DNA of 64,000 nt from Escherichia coli (GTDB lineage: Bacteria; Pseudomonadota; Gammaproteobacteria; Enterobacterales; Enterobacteriaceae), in NCBI RefSeq assembly GCF_013122565.1, contig NZ_CP053258.1; one strand, written 5' to 3'. Within the stretch, counting starts at the first letter, position 1; every line of letters starts with the position of its first letter. The translations under genes were made by a program, and so were the position numbers. The notes beneath the pieces were generated by a model. That model did not search any database. It saw only the letters and a list, made by a program, of their open reading frames with translations, and was not told the origin of the DNA. This document shows positions 1 to 9,515 of this stretch, in pieces.

Positions 1-930
1 CGTGTTGCTACTATCACCCTTAATCCGGCTTATGACCTTGTTGGTTTCTGCCCGGAAATTGAACGCGGCGAAGTGAACCTGGTGAAAACCACCGGTCTGC
101 ATGCGGCGGGTAAAGGCATCAACGTGGCCAAAGTATTAAAAGACCTGGGAATTGATGTCACCGTTGGCGGCTTCCTGGGTAAAGACAATCAGGATGGTTT
201 TCAGCAACTGTTCAGCGAGCTGGGCATTGCCAACCGTTTCCAGGTTGTACAGGGGCGCACCCGAATTAACGTTAAGCTGACGGAAAAAGACGGCGAAGTG
301 ACCGACTTCAACTTCTCGGGTTTTGAAGTCACTCCCGCCGACTGGGAACGCTTTGTGACTGATTCTCTGAGCTGGCTCGGTCAGTTCGATATGGTCTGTG
401 TCAGCGGAAGCTTACCGTCAGGCGTCAGCCCGGAAGCGTTCACCGACTGGATGACTCGCCTGCGTAGTCAGTGCCCTTGCATTATCTTTGATAGTAGCCG
501 TGAAGCGTTAGTAGCAGGTTTGAAAGCGGCACCGTGGTTGGTGAAACCTAACCGCCGCGAGCTGGAAATCTGGGCAGGCCGTAAACTGCCTGAAATGAAA
601 GATGTGATTGAAGCTGCGCATGCGCTGCGTGAACAAGGTATTGCGCATGTTGTTATTTCACTGGGTGCCGAAGGCGCGCTTTGGGTTAATGCCTCCGGCG
701 AATGGATCGCCAAACCACCGTCAGTCGATGTCGTAAGCACCGTTGGCGCAGGGGATTCTATGGTTGGTGGCCTGATTTATGGCTTGCTGATGCGTGAATC
801 CAGTGAACACACACTGCGTCTGGCGACAGCTGTTGCAGCCCTGGCGGTAAGTCAAAGCAATGTGGGTATTACCGATCGTCCGCAGTTGGCCGCAATGATG
901 GCGCGCGTCGACTTACAACCTTTTAACTGA
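1..930 (+). CDS. fruK: 1-phosphofructokinase FruK, 5' end outside window (first ~3 codons missing)
   Basis: Open frame from base 1 (RVATITLNPAYDLVGF...) through ORF-track 73..930; PfkB-family translation matches E. coli FruK from recall; stop TGA 928-930; fruA follows 16 nt downstream. Confidence 0.93.
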   Translation, partial: RVATITLNPAYDLVGFCPEIERGEVNLVKTTGLHAAGKGINVAKVLKDLGIDVTVGGFLGKDNQDGFQQLFSELGIANRFQVVQGRTRINVKLTEKDGEVTDFNFSGFEVTPADWERFVTDSLSWLGQFDMVCVSGSLPSGVSPEAFTDWMTRLRSQCPCIIFDSSREALVAGLKAAPWLVKPNRRELEIWAGRKLPEMKDVIEAAHALREQGIAHVVISLGAEGALWVNASGEWIAKPPSVDVVSTVGAGDSMVGGLIYGLLMRESSEHTLRLATAVAALAVSQSNVGITDRPQLAAMMARVDLQPFN

Positions 931-946
931 CAGCAGGAGAGGCATA

Positions 947-2638
947 ATGAAAACGCTGCTGATTATTGACGCTAATCTCGGTCAGGCACGCGCCTATATG
1001 GCGAAGACCCTGCTGGGCGCGGCGGCGCGAAAAGCAAAACTGGAAATCATCGACAATCCGAACGACGCTGAAATGGCGATTGTTCTCGGTGATTCCATCC
1101 CGAACGACAGCGCGCTGAACGGTAAAAATGTCTGGCTGGGCGATATTTCCCGGGCAGTTGCGCACCCTGAGCTGTTCCTGAGCGAAGCCAAAGGCCATGC
1201 GAAACCTTACACTGCGCCGGTCGCTGCGACAGCACCGGTTGCCGCCAGCGGTCCGAAACGCGTAGTTGCGGTGACTGCTTGCCCGACTGGCGTAGCACAC
1301 ACCTTTATGGCGGCTGAAGCCATTGAAACCGAAGCGAAAAAACGTGGCTGGTGGGTGAAAGTTGAAACCCGTGGTTCTGTTGGCGCGGGTAATGCAATCA
1401 CTCCAGAAGAAGTAGCCGCAGCGGATCTGGTGATTGTGGCGGCAGATATCGAAGTGGATCTGGCGAAATTTGCTGGTAAACCGATGTATCGTACCTCTAC
1501 CGGTCTGGCGCTGAAGAAAACCGCGCAGGAACTGGATAAAGCGGTTGCTGAAGCAACGCCGTATGAACCGGCGGGCAAAGCTCAAACGGCGACCTCTGAA
1601 GGTAAGAAAGAGAGTGCAGGCGCATACCGTCACTTGCTGACGGGCGTCTCTTACATGCTGCCGATGGTCGTTGCAGGTGGTCTGTGTATCGCGCTTTCTT
1701 TTGCTTTTGGTATCGAAGCGTTTAAAGAGCCGGGTACGTTGGCAGCGGCGCTGATGCAGATTGGTGGTGGTTCAGCCTTTGCGCTGATGGTGCCGGTACT
1801 GGCAGGTTACATTGCCTTCTCCATTGCCGATCGTCCGGGTCTCACGCCGGGTCTGATTGGCGGTATGCTGGCGGTCAGCACCGGTTCTGGCTTCATTGGC
1901 GGTATTATTGCGGGCTTCCTGGCTGGTTACATTGCGAAGTTAATCAGTACGCAACTGAAACTGCCACAGAGTATGGAGGCGCTGAAACCGATCCTGATCA
2001 TTCCGCTAATTTCCAGTCTGGTGGTCGGTCTGGCGATGATCTACCTGATCGGTAAACCGGTTGCTGGCATTCTCGAAGGGTTGACTCACTGGCTGCAGAC
2101 CATGGGGACTGCGAATGCGGTTCTGCTGGGGGCGATCCTCGGTGGCATGATGTGTACTGACATGGGCGGTCCGGTAAATAAAGCAGCGTACGCATTCGGT
2201 GTGGGTCTGCTGAGTACTCAAACCTATGGCCCGATGGCGGCGATTATGGCGGCAGGTATGGTGCCACCGCTGGCAATGGGTCTGGCAACAATGGTGGCGC
2301 GTCGCAAATTTGACAAAGCGCAGCAGGAAGGTGGCAAAGCCGCTCTGGTTCTTGGTCTGTGCTTTATTTCGGAAGGTGCAATTCCGTTTGCTGCTCGTGA
2401 TCCGATGCGTGTGCTGCCGTGCTGTATCGTGGGTGGGGCGCTGACTGGCGCAATCTCAATGGCGATTGGTGCGAAACTGATGGCACCGCACGGTGGTCTG
2501 TTTGTTCTACTGATCCCTGGCGCTATTACGCCTGTATTGGGTTACCTGGTAGCAATTATTGCCGGTACGCTGGTGGCGGGTTTGGCCTATGCCTTCCTGA
2601 AACGTCCGGAAGTGGACGCAGTAGCGAAAGCAGCGTAA
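947..2638 (+). CDS. fruA: PTS fructose-specific EIIB'BC component
   Basis: 563-aa ORF, ATG at 947 preceded by caggagagg RBS; translation matches FruA (two B domains plus membrane C domain). Confidence 0.95.
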   Translation: MKTLLIIDANLGQARAYMAKTLLGAAARKAKLEIIDNPNDAEMAIVLGDSIPNDSALNGKNVWLGDISRAVAHPELFLSEAKGHAKPYTAPVAATAPVAASGPKRVVAVTACPTGVAHTFMAAEAIETEAKKRGWWVKVETRGSVGAGNAITPEEVAAADLVIVAADIEVDLAKFAGKPMYRTSTGLALKKTAQELDKAVAEATPYEPAGKAQTATSEGKKESAGAYRHLLTGVSYMLPMVVAGGLCIALSFAFGIEAFKEPGTLAAALMQIGGGSAFALMVPVLAGYIAFSIADRPGLTPGLIGGMLAVSTGSGFIGGIIAGFLAGYIAKLISTQLKLPQSMEALKPILIIPLISSLVVGLAMIYLIGKPVAGILEGLTHWLQTMGTANAVLLGAILGGMMCTDMGGPVNKAAYAFGVGLLSTQTYGPMAAIMAAGMVPPLAMGLATMVARRKFDKAQQEGGKAALVLGLCFISEGAIPFAARDPMRVLPCCIVGGALTGAISMAIGAKLMAPHGGLFVLLIPGAITPVLGYLVAIIAGTLVAGLAYAFLKRPEVDAVAKAA

Positions 2639-2795
2639 TAAAAGGTGTGTTACAGGGCAGAAATTTCCTGCCCTGTATCATTGGATGAGCGCAAAGGGAA
2701 TGACCGGCTTATGAATGTAATTTTATGAATTTAAATGGTTTTATCTTTCAGTAGAAACCTGAAACGTTCATCAAACACTAAGGTTATTTCCTCAA

Positions 2796-2824
2796 GGGCA
2801 GATTATTTTCTGCCCTTTTTTATT
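2796..2824 (+). terminator. Intrinsic terminator downstream of fruBKA
   Basis: Stem gggcaga / tctgccc (2796-2802 / 2809-2815) with 6-nt loop, followed by T-run ttttttatt. Confidence 0.6.
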
Positions 2825-3061
2825 GTTCCTGTTCTGTGCATCCCGTCACAAATTCCTCGCTTTTGTAATTCAGGCATTTAATCGCATTTTGTGAGCCTGC
2901 TCAAATCTGCCCATTTTGCCTCTCTGGCGGTAATTTACTTTACGTAAAACATGCATACTATGAGCACATGTTTAAATATGAACACATGTTTAAACCGTCT
3001 TTGCAGTATCTATATTCTTGTGGATTGACAGGGTTGGTAATTTTTTACCAGAGGACGTGCT

Positions 3062-4003
3062 ATGCGCGAAAAGGATTATGTCGTAATTATAGGTTCGGCG
3101 AATATTGATGTCGCCGGATATTCACATGAATCATTAAATTATGCGGATTCAAATCCAGGTAAAATAAAATTTACGCCTGGTGGAGTCGGGCGCAATATTG
3201 CACAAAACCTGGCGTTGCTGGGGAATAAAGCCTGGCTACTTAGCGCAGTAGGCAGTGATTTTTATGGTCAATCGTTGCTAACGCAAACCAATCAATCTGG
3301 TGTTTATGTCGATAAATGCCTGATTGTGCCGGGAGAAAATACGTCGAGCTATTTATCATTACTCGATAATACCGGTGAAATGCTGGTTGCTATAAATGAC
3401 ATGAATATTAGCAACGCTATTACAGCTGAATATCTCGCACAGCACCGTGAATTTATTCAGAGGGCAAAGGTCATTGTCGCGGACTGTAATATCAGTGAAG
3501 AGGCACTGGCATGGATTCTGGATAATGCCGCCAACGTACCCGTATTTGTCGATCCTGTTTCCGCGTGGAAATGTGTCAAAGTGCGCGACCGTCTAAATCA
3601 GATCCACACTCTCAAACCAAACCGCCTTGAAGCGGAAACCCTGAGTGGGATTGCGCTGTCAGGGCGTGCAGATGTGGCAAAAGTTGCTGCCTGGTTCCAT
3701 CAACATGGCCTGAACCGACTGGTATTGAGCATGGGCGGCGACGGCGTTTATTACAGCGATATCAGCGGTGAAAGTGGCTGGTCTGCGCCGATCAAAACCA
3801 ATGTCATTAATGTTACCGGAGCGGGCGATGCCATGATGGCGGGGCTTGCTTCGTGTTGGGTAGACGGAATGCCGTTTGCCGAATCTGTTCGTTTCGCACA
3901 GGGATGTTCGTCAATGGCGCTCTCCTGTGAATACACCAATAACCCCGATTTATCGATTGCCAACGTTATATCGTTAGTGGAGAACGCAGAATGTCTGAAT
4001 TAA
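3062..4003 (+). CDS. psuK: Pseudouridine kinase (PfkB family)
   Basis: 313-aa ORF MREKDYVVIIGSANIDV...; matches E. coli YeiC/PsuK; 13-nt overlap with psuG start. Confidence 0.92.
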   Translation: MREKDYVVIIGSANIDVAGYSHESLNYADSNPGKIKFTPGGVGRNIAQNLALLGNKAWLLSAVGSDFYGQSLLTQTNQSGVYVDKCLIVPGENTSSYLSLLDNTGEMLVAINDMNISNAITAEYLAQHREFIQRAKVIVADCNISEEALAWILDNAANVPVFVDPVSAWKCVKVRDRLNQIHTLKPNRLEAETLSGIALSGRADVAKVAAWFHQHGLNRLVLSMGGDGVYYSDISGESGWSAPIKTNVINVTGAGDAMMAGLASCWVDGMPFAESVRFAQGCSSMALSCEYTNNPDLSIANVISLVENAECLN

Positions 4004-4929
4004 AAATTTCCCCTGAATTATTACAAATTTCCCCGGAAGTGCAGGACGCTTTAAAAAACAAAAAACCGGTTGTGGCGCTGGAATCGACCATTATTTCTCA
4101 CGGGATGCCGTTCCCACAAAATGCCCAGACCGCAATTGAAGTTGAAGAAACTATTCGTAAACAGGGCGCAGTACCTGCCACTATCGCCATTATTGGTGGC
4201 GTGATGAAAGTGGGTTTAAGCAAAGAAGAAATTGAATTACTGGGTCGTGAAGGGCATAACGTGACTAAAGTTAGTCGTCGCGATTTACCTTTTGTCGTTG
4301 CCGCCGGAAAAAATGGCGCAACCACCGTGGCTTCAACGATGATTATTGCGGCGCTTGCCGGAATTAAAGTATTTGCCACCGGCGGAATTGGTGGTGTTCA
4401 TCGCGGGGCGGAACATACCTTCGATATTTCTGCCGATTTGCAAGAACTGGCAAATACTAATGTCACCGTTGTTTGTGCCGGGGCGAAATCTATTCTCGAT
4501 TTAGGCTTAACTACCGAATATTTAGAAACTTTCGGTGTACCGCTAATTGGCTATCAGACCAAAGCGTTGCCTGCGTTTTTCTGCCGCACCAGCCCGTTTG
4601 ACGTCAGCATTCGTCTCGACAGCGCCAGTGAAATTGCCCGTGCAATGGCGGTGAAATGGCAAAGCGGGCTGAACGGTGGCCTCGTGGTAGCGAACCCGAT
4701 CCCGGAACAGTTTGCGATGCCGGAACAGACCATTAACGCTGCGATTGATCAGGCAGTGGCAGAAGCCGAAGAACAGGGAGTCATTGGTAAAGAAAGTACG
4801 CCATTCCTGCTGGCGCGCGTTGCTGAGCTGACCGGCGGTGACAGCCTGAAATCCAACATCCAGCTGGTGTTCAACAACGCCATTCTGGCGAGCGAAATTG
4901 CCAAAGAATATCAGCGTCTCGCGGGTTAA
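3991..4929 (+). CDS. psuG: Pseudouridine-5'-phosphate glycosidase
   Basis: 312-aa ORF MSELKISPELLQISPEVQDALKNKKPVVALESTIISHGMPFP...; matches YeiN/PsuG. Confidence 0.92.
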   Translation: MSELKISPELLQISPEVQDALKNKKPVVALESTIISHGMPFPQNAQTAIEVEETIRKQGAVPATIAIIGGVMKVGLSKEEIELLGREGHNVTKVSRRDLPFVVAAGKNGATTVASTMIIAALAGIKVFATGGIGGVHRGAEHTFDISADLQELANTNVTVVCAGAKSILDLGLTTEYLETFGVPLIGYQTKALPAFFCRTSPFDVSIRLDSASEIARAMAVKWQSGLNGGLVVANPIPEQFAMPEQTINAAIDQAVAEAEEQGVIGKESTPFLLARVAELTGGDSLKSNIQLVFNNAILASEIAKEYQRLAG

Positions 4930-5022
4930 TTTCTGACGGGCAGAAAGCCGTCGCCCGTACTCATCAAGCATACCAAAACCTGGCGCTGACGCCGGGTTTA
5001 CTGGCATGAAGGGAAAATCATT

Positions 5023-6273
5023 ATGGATATAATGAGAAGTGTTGTGGGGATGGTGGTGTTACTGGCAATAGCATTTCTGTTGTCAGTGAATAAAAAGAGC
5101 ATCAGTTTGCGCACGGTTGGAGCCGCACTGCTGCTGCAAATCGCTATTGGTGGCATCATGCTCTACTTCCCACCGGGAAAATGGGCAGTAGAACAGGCGG
5201 CATTAGGCGTTCATAAAGTGATGTCTTACAGTGATGCCGGTAGCGCCTTTATTTTTGGTTCGCTGGTTGGGCCGAAAATGGATGTCCTGTTTGACGGTGC
5301 GGGTTTTATCTTCGCCTTTCGCGTACTTCCGGCGATTATCTTCGTCACTGCGCTCATTAGTCTGCTGTACTACATTGGCGTGATGGGGCTGCTGATTCGC
5401 ATCCTTGGCAGCATTTTCCAGAAAGCCCTCAACATCAGCAAAATCGAATCTTTTGTCGCAGTCACCACTATTTTCCTCGGGCAAAATGAGATCCCGGCGA
5501 TCGTTAAACCGTTTATCGATCGCATGAATCGCAACGAGTTGTTTACCGCAATTTGTAGCGGGATGGCGTCCATTGCTGGTTCGATGATGATTGGTTATGC
5601 CGGAATGGGCGTACCAATTGACTACCTGTTAGCGGCATCGCTGATGGCGATCCCCGGCGGTATTTTGTTTGCACGTATTCTTAGCCCGGCAACCGAGCCT
5701 TCGCAGGTCACATTTGAAAATCTGTCGTTCAGCGAAACGCCGCCAAAAAGCTTTATCGAAGCGGCGGCGAGCGGTGCGATGACCGGGCTGAAAATCGCCG
5801 CTGGTGTGGCGACGGTGGTCATGGCGTTTGTCGCAATTATTGCGCTGATCAACGGCATTATCGGCGGAATTGGCGGCTGGTTTGGTTTTGCCAATGCCTC
5901 TCTGGAAAGTATTTTTGGCTATGTGCTGGCACCGCTGGCGTGGATCATGGGTGTGGACTGGAGTGATGCCAATCTTGCGGGTAGCCTGATTGGGCAGAAA
6001 CTGGCGATTAACGAATTCGTCGCTTACCTGAGTTTCTCCCCATACCTGCAAACGGGCGGCACGCTGGAAGTGAAAACCATTGCGATTATCTCCTTTGCGC
6101 TTTGTGGTTTTGCTAACTTTGGTTCTATCGGTGTTGTCGTTGGCGCATTTTCGGCTATTTCGCCAAAACGTGCTCCGGAAATCGCTCAGCTTGGTTTACG
6201 GGCGCTGGCAGCAGCAACGCTTTCCAACCTGATGAGCGCGACTATTGCCGGGTTCTTTATTGGTTTAGCTTGA
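5023..6273 (+). CDS. psuT: NupC-family nucleoside transporter (putative pseudouridine transporter)
   Basis: 416-aa polytopic membrane ORF; matches YeiM/PsuT; close paralogue of nupX at 8210. Confidence 0.9.
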   Translation: MDIMRSVVGMVVLLAIAFLLSVNKKSISLRTVGAALLLQIAIGGIMLYFPPGKWAVEQAALGVHKVMSYSDAGSAFIFGSLVGPKMDVLFDGAGFIFAFRVLPAIIFVTALISLLYYIGVMGLLIRILGSIFQKALNISKIESFVAVTTIFLGQNEIPAIVKPFIDRMNRNELFTAICSGMASIAGSMMIGYAGMGVPIDYLLAASLMAIPGGILFARILSPATEPSQVTFENLSFSETPPKSFIEAAASGAMTGLKIAAGVATVVMAFVAIIALINGIIGGIGGWFGFANASLESIFGYVLAPLAWIMGVDWSDANLAGSLIGQKLAINEFVAYLSFSPYLQTGGTLEVKTIAIISFALCGFANFGSIGVVVGAFSAISPKRAPEIAQLGLRALAAATLSNLMSATIAGFFIGLA

Positions 6274-6279
6274 GTTTTA

Positions 6280-6319
6280 TTGCCGGATGTACTCGCTTAT
6301 TAAGCGTTGCATCCGGCAA
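6280..6319. repeat. REP-like palindrome between convergent psuT and yeiL
   Basis: ttgccggatg ... gcatccggcaa inverted repeat immediately after psuT stop. Confidence 0.55.
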
Positions 6320-6340
6320 TCGCACTATTGCAAATAATAT

Positions 6341-7000
6341 TTACTGCATCATCCCGGAGAATTTATTCTCCGGGTCCATCTCCAGCGCCAGTCCTGACAA
6401 CTGCTTTCTGTTTTTAATTAGATATCCTTTCTTGCTTTTAATTAATAAACCGTCGTGAATGAATTGTGCGAGAACATATAAAAGATGTCGATAAGAAACG
6501 CCTAAATACTCTGCCGCTTGCGTATGCTTTTCGTGATAAAGATCACCTTCTTGTGAGAGTAATATAAATGCTGCCAGGCGATTCACTAACGGAAATGATT
6601 GATTCTGAGTTAAAGAAACAATATTACGATAATTTTTATGACTTAAGGTGACGCAAAGTTTTCGTAAAAATAGGGTGTCGTTTAATAACAGCGGACGGTA
6701 ATGTTTCATAGGGAGCGCAAGGCACCAACACTCTTCAATAGCCTGTACCGCACGCGGTTCATGGTCTTTATCGATTAACTCAATCTCACCAATAAAACAG
6801 GGGGCGGCAAAGAAATCGATCAGCGACACGCGACCATTAGCTAGCGTGGCGTAAAGCCTGGCGCGGCCTCGCGTCAGGTAAAACAGCCAGGACGGCTGTT
6901 GCCCTTCCTGCACAATGTAGTCACGCGCTAAAAAATGAAACAGCCGCGTATCGGCTGAAACATCCGTTAAAAAGCAATCCTTAAACGCGGATTCACTCAT
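6341..7000 (-). CDS. yeiL: CRP/FNR-family transcriptional regulator YeiL
   Basis: ORF-track 6341..7039 begins at a GTG; internal ATG at 7000 gives the 219-aa protein [14 protein letters not shown]... matching YeiL. Confidence 0.88.
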
Positions 7001-7168
7001 CAATTGCTGCTTAAGATCATTATTGTGGATTTCTTTCACGATGTTTATCCGCTATGAGATTTCTCATATTTAGCATACGTACGCTGTTGTTAAGATTCAA
7101 TCATCGGCCCGATCGAAATTTCTTTGCTGTAGAAAAAATAACGCAACTGGAAACAGAGGAAATAAACA

Positions 7169-8110
7169 ATGGAAAAGAGAAAAATTATTCTGGATTGTGA
7201 TCCGGGTCATGATGATGCTATTGCTATAATGATGGCGGCGAAACATCCGGCAATAGATTTATTAGGCATCACTATTGTAGCGGGTAATCAGACGCTTGAT
7301 AAAACATTAATTAATGGCCTGAATGTTTGCCAGAAACTGGAGATTAATGTTCCGGTTTATGCGGGGATGCCACAACCCATTATGCGGCAACAAATCGTTG
7401 CCGATAATATTCACGGTGATACCGGACTGGATGGCCCGGTATTCGAGCCGCTGACCCGCCAGGCAGAAAGCACTCATGCGGTGAAATACATCATTGATAC
7501 CCTGATGGCAAGCGATGGCGATATCACTCTGGTGCCGGTTGGTCCGCTTTCAAATATCGCGGTGGCAATGCGTATGCAACCCGCGATCCTGCCCAAAATC
7601 CGTGAAATTGTGCTAATGGGCGGCGCTTACGGTACAGGCAACTTCACGCCATCTGCCGAGTTCAACATCTTTGCTGACCCGGAAGCCGCACGCGTGGTGT
7701 TCACCTCCGGCGTTCCATTAGTGATGATGGGCCTCGATCTTACCAACCAGACCGTTTGCACCCCGGACGTGATTGCACGAATGGAAAGGGCAGGCGGCCC
7801 TGCCGGAGAGCTGTTCAGCGACATCATGAACTTCACTCTCAAAACCCAGTTCGAAAACTACGGCCTGGCTGGCGGCCCGGTGCACGACGCCACCTGCATC
7901 GGTTATCTGATTAACCCTGATGGCATTAAAACCCAGGAGATGTACGTCGAAGTGGACGTCAACAGTGGCCCTTGCTATGGGCGTACCGTCTGCGACGAGC
8001 TGGGCGTTCTTGGCAAGCCCGCTAATACCAAAGTCGGCATCACTATTGATACCGACTGGTTCTGGGGCTTAGTCGAAGAGTGCGTGCGCGGCTACATCAA
8101 AACCCATTAA
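7169..8110 (+). CDS. rihB: Pyrimidine-specific ribonucleoside hydrolase
   Basis: 313-aa ORF with N-terminal DCDPGHDD nucleoside-hydrolase motif; matches RihB/YeiK. Confidence 0.93.
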   Translation: MEKRKIILDCDPGHDDAIAIMMAAKHPAIDLLGITIVAGNQTLDKTLINGLNVCQKLEINVPVYAGMPQPIMRQQIVADNIHGDTGLDGPVFEPLTRQAESTHAVKYIIDTLMASDGDITLVPVGPLSNIAVAMRMQPAILPKIREIVLMGGAYGTGNFTPSAEFNIFADPEAARVVFTSGVPLVMMGLDLTNQTVCTPDVIARMERAGGPAGELFSDIMNFTLKTQFENYGLAGGPVHDATCIGYLINPDGIKTQEMYVEVDVNSGPCYGRTVCDELGVLGKPANTKVGITIDTDWFWGLVEECVRGYIKTH

Positions 8111-8209
8111 GTGTTGATAACAAGCCGGGTCAGTATCGCAAGATGCAGGCCCGGCTATTTCTGAGGGGCAGAAAGCCGTCGCCCAATATGACATGAAGAG
8201 ATAATCACT

Positions 8210-9460
8210 ATGGATGTCATGAGAAGTGTTCTGGGAATGGTGGTATTGCTGACGATTGCGTTTTTACTGTCAGTAAACAAGAAGAAGATCAGCCTGCGTA
8301 CCGTTGGCGCGGCGTTAGTGTTACAGGTCGTGATTGGCGGCATTATGCTTTGGTTACCGCCAGGGCGTTGGGTCGCTGAAAAAGTCGCTTTTGGCGTGCA
8401 TAAAGTGATGGCGTACAGCGACGCGGGTAGCGCATTTATCTTCGGTTCTCTGGTCGGACCGAAAATGGACACCTTATTTGATGGCGCAGGATTTATCTTT
8501 GGTTTCAGGGTGTTACCGGCAATTATCTTCGTCACCGCGCTGGTGAGTATTCTCTACTACATCGGTGTGATGGGGATCTTAATTCGCATTCTCGGCGGTA
8601 TCTTCCAGAAAGCATTAAATATCAGCAAGATCGAGTCATTCGTCGCGGTCACTACCATTTTCCTCGGGCAAAACGAAATTCCGGCGATCGTCAAACCCTT
8701 TATCGATCGTCTGAATCGCAATGAATTATTTACAGCGATTTGTAGTGGCATGGCCTCGATTGCTGGTTCGACAATGATTGGTTACGCCGCGCTGGGCGTG
8801 CCTGTGGAATATCTGCTGGCGGCATCATTAATGGCGATCCCTGGCGGGATCTTGTTTGCCCGCCTGTTAAGCCCGGCAACGGAATCTTCGCAGGTTTCCT
8901 TTAATAACCTCTCTTTCACCGAAACACCGCCAAAAAGCATTATTGAAGCCGCTGCGACAGGGGCAATGACCGGGCTGAAAATCGCCGCAGGTGTGGCGAC
9001 AGTAGTGATGGCATTTGTCGCCATCATTGCGTTAATTAACGGTATTATCGGCGGCGTTGGCGGCTGGTTTGATTTTGAACATGCCTCGCTGGAATCCATT
9101 TTAGGTTACCTGCTGGCCCTACTGGCGTGGGTGATGGGTGTTGACTGGAGTGATGCGAATCTTGCCGGGAGTTTGATTGGTCAGAAACTGGCAATAAATG
9201 AATTTGTCGCTTATCTCAATTTCTCACCCTATCTGCAAACAGCTGGCACTCTCGATGTTAAAACTGTGGCGATTATTTCCTTCGCGTTGTGCGGTTTCGC
9301 TAACTTTGGTTCTATCGGGGTAGTGGTGGGGGCGTTTTCTGCGGTTGCGCCACACCGCGCGCCGGAAATCGCCCAGCTTGGTTTACGTGCGCTGGCGGCG
9401 GCGACACTTTCTAACCTGATGAGCGCTACCATTGCCGGATTCTTTATTGGTTTAGCGTAG
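8210..9460 (+). CDS. nupX: NupC-family nucleoside permease
   Basis: 416-aa ORF, highly similar along its length to psuT; matches NupX/YeiJ. Confidence 0.9.
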   Translation: MDVMRSVLGMVVLLTIAFLLSVNKKKISLRTVGAALVLQVVIGGIMLWLPPGRWVAEKVAFGVHKVMAYSDAGSAFIFGSLVGPKMDTLFDGAGFIFGFRVLPAIIFVTALVSILYYIGVMGILIRILGGIFQKALNISKIESFVAVTTIFLGQNEIPAIVKPFIDRLNRNELFTAICSGMASIAGSTMIGYAALGVPVEYLLAASLMAIPGGILFARLLSPATESSQVSFNNLSFTETPPKSIIEAAATGAMTGLKIAAGVATVVMAFVAIIALINGIIGGVGGWFDFEHASLESILGYLLALLAWVMGVDWSDANLAGSLIGQKLAINEFVAYLNFSPYLQTAGTLDVKTVAIISFALCGFANFGSIGVVVGAFSAVAPHRAPEIAQLGLRALAAATLSNLMSATIAGFFIGLA

Positions 9461-9474
9461 CGCGCAATTTATGA

Positions 9475-9508
9475 GCCGGATAAGATGCGGTCAAGCGTCG
9501 AATCCGGC
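9475..9508. repeat. REP-like palindrome between convergent nupX and yeiI
   Basis: gccggataagatgcgg ... gaatccggc inverted repeat. Confidence 0.5.
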
Positions 9509-9515
9509 AACATTG

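Noticed and set aside
923-1633. 236-aa ORF on the minus strand
   Set aside because: Lies entirely antisense inside fruA; Arg/Cys/Phe-rich low-complexity translation typical of a shadow frame of a GC-rich gene.
2653-2675. Hairpin cagggcag-aaatttc-ctgccctg directly after fruA as the fruBKA terminator
   Set aside because: No U-tract follows; the hairpin at 2796-2824 has a proper T-run and was annotated instead. The upstream hairpin may still be a processing or stability element.
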